A stretch of DNA of 64,000 bases from an uncultured Bacteriovoracaceae bacterium (GTDB lineage: Bacteria; Bdellovibrionota; UBA1018). The stretch is taken from assembly GCA_964563795.1 (NCBI GenBank), contig CAZLYB010000005.1, forward strand, positions 2,031-66,030, in the 5' to 3' direction. Made by a program: the position numbers and the translations under genes. Positions 37,782 to 45,438 of the stretch are shown here, one piece after another. Under the pieces are notes generated by a model. The model ran no database searches. It saw only the letters and a program-made list of their open reading frames with translations, and was not told the origin of the DNA. Numbering within the stretch: position 1 is the first letter of the stretch; each line of letters begins with the position of its first letter.

Positions 37782-38828
37782 CTAGCCCACTGACCCGATC
37801 GCGAACTCCCCGACCGGGGGCTCGGTCAACCAATCCGTACGGCTGAGCTTGGCCAAGGTTTGAAAAGGACCATTGCCCAGAGCGCACGCTCCGAGTCCCA
37901 CGGCGCTTGCCGCGAGGTAGAGATTCTGAAAGAGGCCACCCAGCTCCTTTAAGATCAAGGCGTAGGCGAAGTCCTCGTATTTCCAGGCAGTGCGCGCAAA
38001 GCGCGCGGAGATGCTGAAGTGGATCCAGTTGTCGCCGCTGAGGTCCGCCGCGCGCCGGGCTCGATCTCGAAGCTCCCGGGCTTCTTCATTGAAAGGAGAA
38101 AGCATTTCGAGCGCGTGCTCGTTTGAGAGGTAGCGGTAAACGCCGGGCGGGAGGCCTACTGCACCATTTTCTGGGATGACGGGGTAGATTTCGAGCGGAT
38201 ATTTCGCACCTCCGCTGGGGTAGCTACGGTGGGAGGGCTCTCCTTGAGGAATTCCAGAGCGGACTCGGGCTGAAAGATCGAGAAGCGATCCGAGCTGAGA
38301 GAGCGTGAGTGGAGGCCCTGTAAAATCTCTTGCTGAATGCCGTTGGTTAAGAGCCGTCGTGAGATCGAGGGAAATTTCTTTGGCGTCGGGCAAAAAAATG
38401 GGGTTCTCCGTGCGGGACGGTAAATGGGGAGCCTCCTCGGGAATCGCATCGCGGAAACGATAAGTTCCTCCTTTCCCTAAGCGGGATCGCACATGGAATA
38501 GCAGTTCGTGCGGGGTCCAATGTCTCAAGATGTCAGACTCACCTGCGTTATTTTCCCGATCTGCAATCCAGAGGATCTCGTTGCGTTGCAAGTCGGCGAC
38601 GATTTCAGCGAGTTGCGTGGCCGGGAGCGTCGTTTGGATTTCATCGAGGGATGTCGGCGAGGCGAACTGATGAAGTAAACCCAGGATTTCGGGATTCTTA
38701 AGGCGGATGCTTCGAACGGCGGCCGGTGAGGCGATGTGGCATTGGCCATCGAGCCAGGACACCACTGCGAAGCGCGAGACGACATAGCGGATCGGGGCGG
38801 ATAAAGAGGGTTGCATCAGCGTCATCAT
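37782..38828 (-). CDS. SagB-type (nitroreductase-superfamily) FMN dehydrogenase with an N-terminal RRE-like extension
   Basis: 348 aa with blocks typical of SagB/ThcOx-type dehydrogenases: WTPHELLFHVRS, NQRHSARDF, SYPSGGAKYPLEIYPV, GVYRYL..EHAL, KYEDFAYALILKELGGLFQNLYLAASAVGLGACALG. An additional N-terminal domain of about 100 aa precedes them. Confidence 0.75.
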   Translation of the reverse strand: MMTLMQPSLSAPIRYVVSRFAVVSWLDGQCHIASPAAVRSIRLKNPEILGLLHQFASPTSLDEIQTTLPATQLAEIVADLQRNEILWIADRENNAGESDILRHWTPHELLFHVRSRLGKGGTYRFRDAIPEEAPHLPSRTENPIFLPDAKEISLDLTTALNQRHSARDFTGPPLTLSQLGSLLDLSARVRSGIPQGEPSHRSYPSGGAKYPLEIYPVIPENGAVGLPPGVYRYLSNEHALEMLSPFNEEARELRDRARRAADLSGDNWIHFSISARFARTAWKYEDFAYALILKELGGLFQNLYLAASAVGLGACALGNGPFQTLAKLSRTDWLTEPPVGEFAIGSVG

Positions 38829-39094
38829 AATGACCCTGCGGATGATTAGCGAGCTCGAAGAACCTGTCTCCGATGAAAACTAAAAAGGTTTCGAATCTAG
38901 GAAATGAGTTGATGTTCTCAATCAAGATTCAGAAAAATTTTATCAAGCATAAAAATTTAAAATTTAGATAAAAACCTCTGTTTTTAGGCTTTTTTTAACG
39001 CACCGTTAGTTGAACTCGAGTGGCCCATTATTTAACATGTATTTAGCATCACTCAAAAGGGGGGGATGATCCCTTTCTTTTTCCAAAGGAGGAC

Positions 39095-39274
39095 ATGATG
39101 AGGACGCTAAGTTGGATACTGAGTTCTTTTTCGGTCTTAGGGTCGGCAGTCTTGCGGCACGATGGGGCGAAAAATCCAGAGATCTTTGAGATCACCGATC
39201 AGATGGTGGAAGCAGACTTGCTCCCCTATGAAGATTGCAGCCATTGCGGCGGCTGCCGTCGAGGCGATCGCTAA
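39095..39274 (+). CDS. Unannotated 59-aa Cys-rich peptide, candidate RiPP precursor
   Basis: At 59 aa it is below the 60-aa cut-off of the ORF track. Hand translation gives MMRTLSWILSSFSVLGSAVLRHDGAKNPEIFEITDQMVEADLLPYEDCSHCGGCRRGDR, ending at a TAA stop at 39272-39274. An AAAGGAGG Shine-Dalgarno lies at 39085-39092, 2 nt before the first ATG and 5 nt before the second. A 14-bp hairpin follows directly downstream. Confidence 0.65.
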   Translation: MMRTLSWILSSFSVLGSAVLRHDGAKNPEIFEITDQMVEADLLPYEDCSHCGGCRRGDR

Positions 39275-39279
39275 GAAAT

Positions 39280-39323
39280 GCGGACTCCCAGGTTGCGGGG
39301 TTTACCTCGACCTGGGAGTCCGC
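39280..39323 (+). terminator. Perfect 14-bp stem-loop immediately after the peptide gene (attenuator or partial terminator, or a transcript-stabilising hairpin)
   Basis: gcggactcccaggt (39280-39293) is the exact reverse complement of acctgggagtccgc (39310-39323). The loop is 16 nt. The hairpin is followed by tattaatat rather than a clean U-tract. Confidence 0.55.
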
Positions 39324-39389
39324 TATTAATATCGCACGATGAAAGAAGTGCGATGGTTCGAACTGCCCTTTTCCTCGAGGCGATCCACA

Positions 39390-40889
39390 ATGCGATGTCT
39401 CCTTGCGATCCTACCGCTCCTCGGGATGATTGGCGCGAGTTGCCGAAGCGAGCCCGTCACTCAGATTCGATATGTATCTGATTTGCCCCTGCGCACCTCG
39501 ATCAATCTTAGAAATCCAAAACTCGAAACCGAAAATCTGCTCGTGGCGCAGCTTTGGTCGCCGCTCGTGGAGTGGGATGGAGCTAACGAGTTTTTGCCCG
39601 CGATCGCTGACAAGTGGTCGCACGATTTGGAGCGCCGACACTGGGTGTTTCGGATCCGAGAGGGCTTGAAATGGGCCGATGGCTCCGACTTGACTGCGAG
39701 TGCCGTGGTACGATCCTTTGAAGATCTCCTCGCTCGTACGCGGAATCGAGGATTTCGCGATCAAGTAAAGCGAGTGAGGGTATCCCAGTCGAACGAAATC
39801 ACCCTGGATCTGAAGGCCTATAGCGAGCATTTCTTGCCGACATTGACGTGGTTCACCGGCTACATCGCTGATCCGAGCAACTATCGAGACCCCAAAGCCG
39901 GGTTAATCGATCTGAAGGACCCACGCACTCGCTTCAGTGGCCCTTATCGCATCAAACAATGGAATCAGAACCATCTCGAACTTGAGGCGAATCCTCATTC
40001 ACCGGTGGTCGATCCCCATTTAGTTCTGCCGGTTTCCTACCAAGGAGGCGTCCCTCCGACTGAGATGGTTGCCCGGGTCGAGCGCAATGAAGCGGATATT
40101 GCGCGGCTTTACTCGGATTCTGTGCCGACCGCGGAGCTTGAACGCCTTCGGTCCCTGGGGCATCAGACTTTTGGGGATAGTGCTCGGGGCACCGTAGCGG
40201 GTTTCGTCGTTGGACGAGGGGGCGCTGACCGTATTTCTTCTCGGGATCGAAGTTACCTGTTTCGTCGCTTAGTCGAAGCTTTTCGGGAGGACGTGCGCGT
40301 TGGCCGCAAAGATCTCTCCTTGCTTCCGGTGGGGATAACGCCGCCGCTTGCCCAAGGGAGCCTATCGGAGCACGAATGGAATCTCCTCATCGAGGGCCTC
40401 CCAGCCCAGCCCAGCCGACGCTTTACTGTTCAAGTTTTCGTGGCGCGACCCCTCCAATCGGGCTCCGCTTACCAGATCGCGCGACGCGCGTTGATCTCGT
40501 CACCCGTGGATTTTCACGAAGTGGTCTTTGATCCCGAGCGTCCAGAATCGGCCGAGACCAGGCGCCGTGAAAGCGGTGATTTCGATCTTCTTTATTACGC
40601 ACACCCCGTCGATTTTCGCACGTCGGGAGCCATGTGGCAGAAATTTGCGGAAATTCAGGAATATCGTCACCCTCCCTTGACCACCCGCGAGGTCCAGCGG
40701 GTTACTTTAGCGCGGCCCGCGCTTCAGAGCGCCCTCTTCTCAGAATTCGAGAAGAAGAACGCGAGGGACCCTTTCTTCATTCCGCTCTTGAGGGTTTCTC
40801 GGCTCTTGATCGTCAGCAAAAGGCTCAAACTTGCCTCCGACGCCGCGAACCAATACGTCTTACGTTTTTGGAAAGTCCGAAACCAATAA
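39390..40889 (+). CDS. Family-5 (DppA/OppA-like) solute-binding lipoprotein, orphan
   Basis: I chose the start MRCLLAILPLLGMIGASC (lipobox) with GAGG 9 nt upstream. The block ADKWSHDLERRHWVFRIREGLKWADGSDLTASAVVRSFE is typical of SBP_bac_5. No permease or ATPase genes are nearby. The track ORF begins at 39339. Confidence 0.7.
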   Translation: MRCLLAILPLLGMIGASCRSEPVTQIRYVSDLPLRTSINLRNPKLETENLLVAQLWSPLVEWDGANEFLPAIADKWSHDLERRHWVFRIREGLKWADGSDLTASAVVRSFEDLLARTRNRGFRDQVKRVRVSQSNEITLDLKAYSEHFLPTLTWFTGYIADPSNYRDPKAGLIDLKDPRTRFSGPYRIKQWNQNHLELEANPHSPVVDPHLVLPVSYQGGVPPTEMVARVERNEADIARLYSDSVPTAELERLRSLGHQTFGDSARGTVAGFVVGRGGADRISSRDRSYLFRRLVEAFREDVRVGRKDLSLLPVGITPPLAQGSLSEHEWNLLIEGLPAQPSRRFTVQVFVARPLQSGSAYQIARRALISSPVDFHEVVFDPERPESAETRRRESGDFDLLYYAHPVDFRTSGAMWQKFAEIQEYRHPPLTTREVQRVTLARPALQSALFSEFEKKNARDPFFIPLLRVSRLLIVSKRLKLASDAANQYVLRFWKVRNQ

Positions 40890-40906
40890 ATGAAGAGGAG
40901 TTCGGT

Positions 40907-41515
40907 ATGAGTTACCTGAAAAACTTGGAAACCATCCGTAAGAAGCATTTTCCCATGTCTTTTCCCGACGGAAATCAAGCGGTACTCGCGTCATCGGCCG
41001 AGATTGATCGCTTGATGGATTCTCTTTGGAGCAAGGTTTTTGGTTCATTTGATTCGGAGCTCGCCAAATATCAGCTCTCTGTCGAGCGGCGCGACAGGGA
41101 TGCGGAACTCTTCCAAGGTTATTATTCCGCCGTTCACCGGGAAGGCGTGATTTTTCGGAATGCCGCCGGAAACGATTTCGGTTGGTTCTTCGGGGACGCC
41201 GAAGATTTTCATACATTTTATTTAAGAAATGGGGGGTTTGCTCCTGAAGCGAGGGGGGCAGGCATTGCGGGACAGTTCCTAGGCAGGTTTTTAAATTATC
41301 TGCGGGATCTCGGTTATGAGAGAGTGACGGCCCAGGTGCAGCCCAATAATTCGCCCATGCTGATCAGCTATTTGAAGCAGGGTTTTGTCATCGAGGGGAT
41401 GAACCTCGACGAACGTTGGGGGCCTTTGGTGAAATTCCTTTATCTCCTTCATCCTGACCGTCAGGTCGGATTTGAGAAAGTTTTTCGGCTGCGCTCAGTT
41501 CAGTCAAAGGGATGA
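40907..41515 (+). CDS. GNAT-family N-acetyltransferase
   Basis: I chose the start MSYLKNLE with GAGGAG 8 nt upstream. The acetyl-CoA motif context is EARGAGIAGQFLGRFLNYLRDLGYERV...NNSPMLISYLKQGFVIEG. Confidence 0.7.
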   Translation: MSYLKNLETIRKKHFPMSFPDGNQAVLASSAEIDRLMDSLWSKVFGSFDSELAKYQLSVERRDRDAELFQGYYSAVHREGVIFRNAAGNDFGWFFGDAEDFHTFYLRNGGFAPEARGAGIAGQFLGRFLNYLRDLGYERVTAQVQPNNSPMLISYLKQGFVIEGMNLDERWGPLVKFLYLLHPDRQVGFEKVFRLRSVQSKG

Positions 41516-42489
41516 AGCAAGAATCGGTCGGCAGGATGAAACTGGCCTGGGGCACGCCGTTCTCGGGCGCTCTTCACGCGTGGATTGGCCAGATAGAACT
41601 CGCGCGCTGCCACGTAGGGCTGGCTAAAATGGAGCGGCAAAAGCAATTTGTTTTGAGCCTGAATGACAAAGTAACGCGGTGAAAGGGTCTTGAGCCGAGT
41701 AAATCGGGTTGCGGATCGCAAACTGGATGAGTCGATGAGCGTTTCGTCAAAAGAAACCGATGAAGAGGCGCACATTGAGGGGTTCACCCCAAGAATCAGC
41801 TCCAGGAGTCGCGCGACATCGGGTTCCATTGAGATGAGGTGATGCCGAGCCAGGTCGGCATCCCTGGACTTCTTGCTGGGGCAATCCCCTCGCGCGCGGT
41901 GGGCATGCACCGAGGCGAGCCACTCCAGAGTCGCTTTGCGGCTCGCGAATGAAACGCTCGGGCCGGTTCCCATTCCCAAGTGCCAGCAGCCATGCATCGG
42001 CGAACGGCTCGCAGCGAGACAGACCACGATCCCCGGGTCCGCGCTGGAGAGCTGTACGACTCGCAGTTGACCTTCCTGAGTGAGGTTGCGGGCGGTTTCA
42101 ACGAGCGGATGGGGGTGATCGACCTCCCGAGCTGGGGTTTCACTGAGCCAATGGTAGAGCAGGGCGTCACGCTCGACGAGTTCCGCATAGGCGCCTGCCT
42201 TCGCCGATTCTTCAGAAAAGTTGGCTGAAAGCCCTGTGCGACTCTGCAGATCGAGATTGGATTGGGTGATGGCGACGCTCTCTAAAGCCTCCATGAGGCA
42301 GCGAATGGCTTGGACGCGCCGACTTTCGTCAACCGCGCCGCCGAGGAAGTCCTGGTTTGGCCCCAATTTGACGGAAACGAATCCTGCCCACGCCGGCCCA
42401 ATCCGAGTGAGCGTACGCCAAGAGGTTTCTAGGGTAACCCCTGCCATTTTCAGAGCCGTTTGACGGAAAAACCAATCTAATAATTTCAT
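41500..42489 (-). CDS. YcaO-superfamily protein (short, stand-alone)
   Basis: 329 aa with three blocks laid out as in YcaO domains: GGAVDESRRVQAIRCLMEALESVA, then TGLSANFSEESAKAGAYAELVERDALLYHW, then VVCLAA....HLGMGTGPSVSFASRKATLEWLASV. The C-terminus ends ...LLHPFD. The 3' end overlaps the GNAT gene by 16 nt in convergent orientation. Confidence 0.65.
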   Translation of the reverse strand: MKLLDWFFRQTALKMAGVTLETSWRTLTRIGPAWAGFVSVKLGPNQDFLGGAVDESRRVQAIRCLMEALESVAITQSNLDLQSRTGLSANFSEESAKAGAYAELVERDALLYHWLSETPAREVDHPHPLVETARNLTQEGQLRVVQLSSADPGIVVCLAASRSPMHGCWHLGMGTGPSVSFASRKATLEWLASVHAHRARGDCPSKKSRDADLARHHLISMEPDVARLLELILGVNPSMCASSSVSFDETLIDSSSLRSATRFTRLKTLSPRYFVIQAQNKLLLPLHFSQPYVAAREFYLANPRVKSARERRAPGQFHPADRFLLHPFD

Positions 42490-42527
42490 AGTTGACTATT
42501 TGCGTCAATTCTTCTATTCCTCGCCCT

Positions 42528-44699
42528 ATGATGGAGGAATCGCCTCATTTTTTGACCTATTTCTACGCGCGCTTTCGCAGAGTGGTGCCGGTCATGGGAG
42601 GGGTCGTTCTCTGTTTGGCGATCGGAGTCGCCGCAAGTATCTGGCTCCGTCACACTCAAGTTCGGTATGCCTTGCAGCAGTTTGTACTTGCGTCGTCGTA
42701 CGAAGAGAATCCTCGAACTGTTCATAGTTACCTTCGTCTCGTTCACTCCACCGTCCAGGCCGCGCTGAACTCCGGATCTTTGGGGGATTCGAAGTGGGTT
42801 GGGGCCGCCTCGTTGACCCTCGTTCTTTGTCAGTCGGGAACCGTCGTGGCGCGATTCCCTATTTGGGATGTTACGGGAACGTGGTCCTGTCAGGGAGATA
42901 AGAATTATGAAGTGGGTGCCCTGCGGATCCGAACTCCTGTGCCATTCATTGGAGAGAACGTTGTCTTGGAAGCACGGGCTGTCGCACCCTGGATCGATGC
43001 CTGGTCAGTCTCGATTGGCACCTCACTCCTCCTTTTGGGCCTCACCATTTGGGGAATTGCATACCGGAGCCGACGCGAGCGCTGGCAAATCCACTCCGTA
43101 TTCCAATGCTTGGACCATGATCTGGCCGACATCCCCCCGATGACTTCCAAAATGCCGATCTGGCCCCATTGGACGCCTCAGGCGGTCGTCTTTCTGCGAG
43201 AAAAAATCTTGCAACTCCGAAAGCGTCTGCAGACCTTACAGGAAGAGCAGTCTCGGGCGCGGGCGGATGCGGCGGTTGGCGAGGTAGCCGAACAAGTGGC
43301 CCATGATATTCGTTCCCCTCTGACGGTTCTTGAATACGCCTCGCGTGAACTCTCAGAGATTCCCGAGGGGAAAAGGGTTCTTTTTTACAATGCCGTCAGT
43401 CGGATTCGGGCGATCGCCACCGACTTGGGCCATATGAGCGAAGGACTCAAGGGCGAGGACGGCTCATCCGTGGTGAGTCGCCGATCTGCGGAGCGACCAG
43501 TGGAAGCTTCCCCTCTTTTGCCGATACTCCAAGAAATCCTGGCGGAAAAACGGGTTCAATACATCGGCCGTCCTGGCCTTAAGTTCGAATTGGTTCTTGA
43601 GGAATCCGCCTATCATCAATTCGTCAAAGTCCGCGTCGATGACTTCAAACGCATTCTTTCGAACCTGATCAATAATTCGGCCGATTCCATTGCAGCGGCA
43701 GGGGTCATTCAAGTTAGGGTGGAGAGGGATTCGGCGGAGGTGCGGGTGTCGATTTCAGATACCGGCCGAGGAATTCCCGCTGAGATTTTGGAGCGACTTG
43801 GAACTCGGGGAGCCAGCTTCGAAAAGCCTGGTGGGATGGGGCTGGGCCTTTATCATGCCCGTCGCTGCATCGAAGATTGGTCTGGGGTCTTGGAGATCCA
43901 GTCGAATCCTGGGTGCGGAACGACCATTGGGCTTCGTCTGCAGGCGGTCACGCCGCCTCGCTGGTTTTTGCCTCGCCTTTCCATCCCAGCGAATTCCACG
44001 TTCGTCATTGTGGATGATGACCCTTCCATTCACGCTCTCTGGGAAGAGCGATTTTCGTCGTTTCATGAAAATGGAAAGGGCACTCGGTTCGAACTCCTGC
44101 ATTTTCATTCGGCGCCTGATTTCACCCTCTGGATGACGGACCGAAAGCTTCCGGAGACCCGTTCGGGACTTCGCTTCTTGATTGATCTCGATTTAGGCAA
44201 GGGCTCATCCAGCGGTCTTGAGTTGATCAAGGCCCATGATTTGCGCCGTCATGTGACGTTGGTCACCAGCCGGCACGATGATTCCCAAGTCCGCGAGCAA
44301 TGTGTGGCCTTGGGCTGCACTCTGCTTCCGAAGTGCTGCGCCGAGCGAATTCCGATTGAATTCGCCAATCCCGTTGAGCATTGGGACGCCATTTTAATCG
44401 ATGACGATCCGGAAATTCGCTGGATGTGGGGGGAAGTCGCCTTGCAGACGCATCATCGATTCCGCAGTTTCGAATCGGTGCAGTCCTTTCTAGCCATAAT
44501 CGATGAGATCAGCTTCGATACGCCGATCTATGTGGATTCTCGGCTCGGAGATGGCCTGCGCGGCGAAGACCTGGCGCAGGAACTTCGAGTGCGTGGGTTT
44601 ACCAAGATTTACCTGACCACGGGCTTGCCTCACGCGCATTTTCCACAAATGTCTTGGGTGGATTCTATTGTCGATAAGCGGGCGCCCTGGGCTTTGTGA
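42528..44699 (+). CDS. Hybrid sensor histidine kinase with two C-terminal receiver domains
   Basis: Two N-terminal TM segments, H-box VAHDIRSPL, HATPase blocks (NLINNSADS, DTGRGIP, GGMGLGLY). Two REC-like domains follow (VIVDDDPS...FLIDLDLG...LVTS...LPK and ILIDDDPE...IYVDSRLG...LTTG...VDK). The start is uncertain; the track ORF starts at 42492. Confidence 0.8.
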   Translation: MMEESPHFLTYFYARFRRVVPVMGGVVLCLAIGVAASIWLRHTQVRYALQQFVLASSYEENPRTVHSYLRLVHSTVQAALNSGSLGDSKWVGAASLTLVLCQSGTVVARFPIWDVTGTWSCQGDKNYEVGALRIRTPVPFIGENVVLEARAVAPWIDAWSVSIGTSLLLLGLTIWGIAYRSRRERWQIHSVFQCLDHDLADIPPMTSKMPIWPHWTPQAVVFLREKILQLRKRLQTLQEEQSRARADAAVGEVAEQVAHDIRSPLTVLEYASRELSEIPEGKRVLFYNAVSRIRAIATDLGHMSEGLKGEDGSSVVSRRSAERPVEASPLLPILQEILAEKRVQYIGRPGLKFELVLEESAYHQFVKVRVDDFKRILSNLINNSADSIAAAGVIQVRVERDSAEVRVSISDTGRGIPAEILERLGTRGASFEKPGGMGLGLYHARRCIEDWSGVLEIQSNPGCGTTIGLRLQAVTPPRWFLPRLSIPANSTFVIVDDDPSIHALWEERFSSFHENGKGTRFELLHFHSAPDFTLWMTDRKLPETRSGLRFLIDLDLGKGSSSGLELIKAHDLRRHVTLVTSRHDDSQVREQCVALGCTLLPKCCAERIPIEFANPVEHWDAILIDDDPEIRWMWGEVALQTHHRFRSFESVQSFLAIIDEISFDTPIYVDSRLGDGLRGEDLAQELRVRGFTKIYLTTGLPHAHFPQMSWVDSIVDKRAPWAL

Positions 44700-44715
44700 G
44701 CGGTCGAGCGGATCC

Positions 44716-45438
44716 CTATTGGAGGGGGGCTGCCGATGGGTTCGCGAGCTGCGTGCTCACCCCATTGCCTGAAAGCGCGTAGAGATCCGGCGGTGAAAAC
44801 CGGATTTCCAAGTTCAGCGGCATCAATTTGCGGCGCAGGTTGAAGAGATGGACATCCAGGGTTTTGCTGCTGATGGAGATGTTTTTCCAGACCTGCGAGA
44901 GGATTTCCTTGCGGGTGATGCCATGGGTCTTCGCGCGGTGGAGCATTGAGAAAATTTGAAGCTCCTTCGCGGTCAATTGAGCGAAGGAATTCTCATTGCG
45001 GCGGATGGCGAGCTCAGTGGGGTCGAAGAAAACGCCGGGAAAGCAAGAAGCCTTCTCCTGCTTGCTCATGAGGCGCTCGACTTTGACGATGAGCTCCGCT
45101 TTTGTGAAGGGCTTGGTGAGGTAATCAGCGGCGCCTTCATTGAAGCAGGTTCTGAGAATGTCGAGATCATCGCATGAGGAGACGATGATGATGGAGCAGG
45201 AAAGGCTTTTGACCTCGGACTCCTTGCCCAAAAAACTCAAAAAGTTGCCATCCGGAAGCCTGAGGTCGGCGACTAGAAGATCCGGCGTTTCGCCCGGCTT
45301 CATTTCCTTCAGCGCATTTTTTAAATCACCTAAGTTTGAGAACGATCGGTAACGATACCGCAGCTCGAGAATCTCGCGATACACGAACTCGACATCAGAG
45401 TCATCTTCGAGCACCCAAATCACTTGTTCTGACTTCAT
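44716..45438 (-). CDS. OmpR/PhoB-type response regulator
   Basis: I chose the start MKSEQVIWVLEDD, which overlaps the kinase stop (ATGA). It has a REC domain (LLVADLRLPDG) plus a winged-helix output (LTAKELQIFSML...SSKTLDVHLFNLRRKL). Confidence 0.85.
   Translation of the reverse strand: MKSEQVIWVLEDDSDVEFVYREILELRYRYRSFSNLGDLKNALKEMKPGETPDLLVADLRLPDGNFLSFLGKESEVKSLSCSIIIVSSCDDLDILRTCFNEGAADYLTKPFTKAELIVKVERLMSKQEKASCFPGVFFDPTELAIRRNENSFAQLTAKELQIFSMLHRAKTHGITRKEILSQVWKNISISSKTLDVHLFNLRRKLMPLNLEIRFSPPDLYALSGNGVSTQLANPSAAPLQ

Noticed and set aside
38873-38971. 32-aa Lys/Asn-rich ORF (MKTKKVSNLGNELMFSIKIQKNFIKHKNLKFR) in the AT-rich divergent region, considered as a second precursor.
   Set aside because: It has no Shine-Dalgarno and no Cys/Ser/Thr-rich core. 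Its composition simply mirrors the AT-rich promoter DNA.
39056-39082. Possible intrinsic terminator (aaaggg...cccttt followed by cttttt) just upstream of the peptide RBS.
   Set aside because: The stem is only about 6 bp with an ill-defined G-rich loop and several competing pairings. It sits inside the probable 5' UTR, so I would not call it without folding energies or 3'-end data.
39257-39271. RGD tripeptide at the C-terminus of the candidate precursor, as a possible integrin/adhesion motif.
   Set aside because: A three-residue match in a basic tail is expected by chance, and nothing in the context points to eukaryotic targets.
39278-39481. 67-aa track ORF starting just after the peptide gene.
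   Set aside because: It runs through both arms of the 14-bp hairpin and overlaps the start of the SBP gene in another frame. It has no RBS, and its composition is Arg/Pro-rich.
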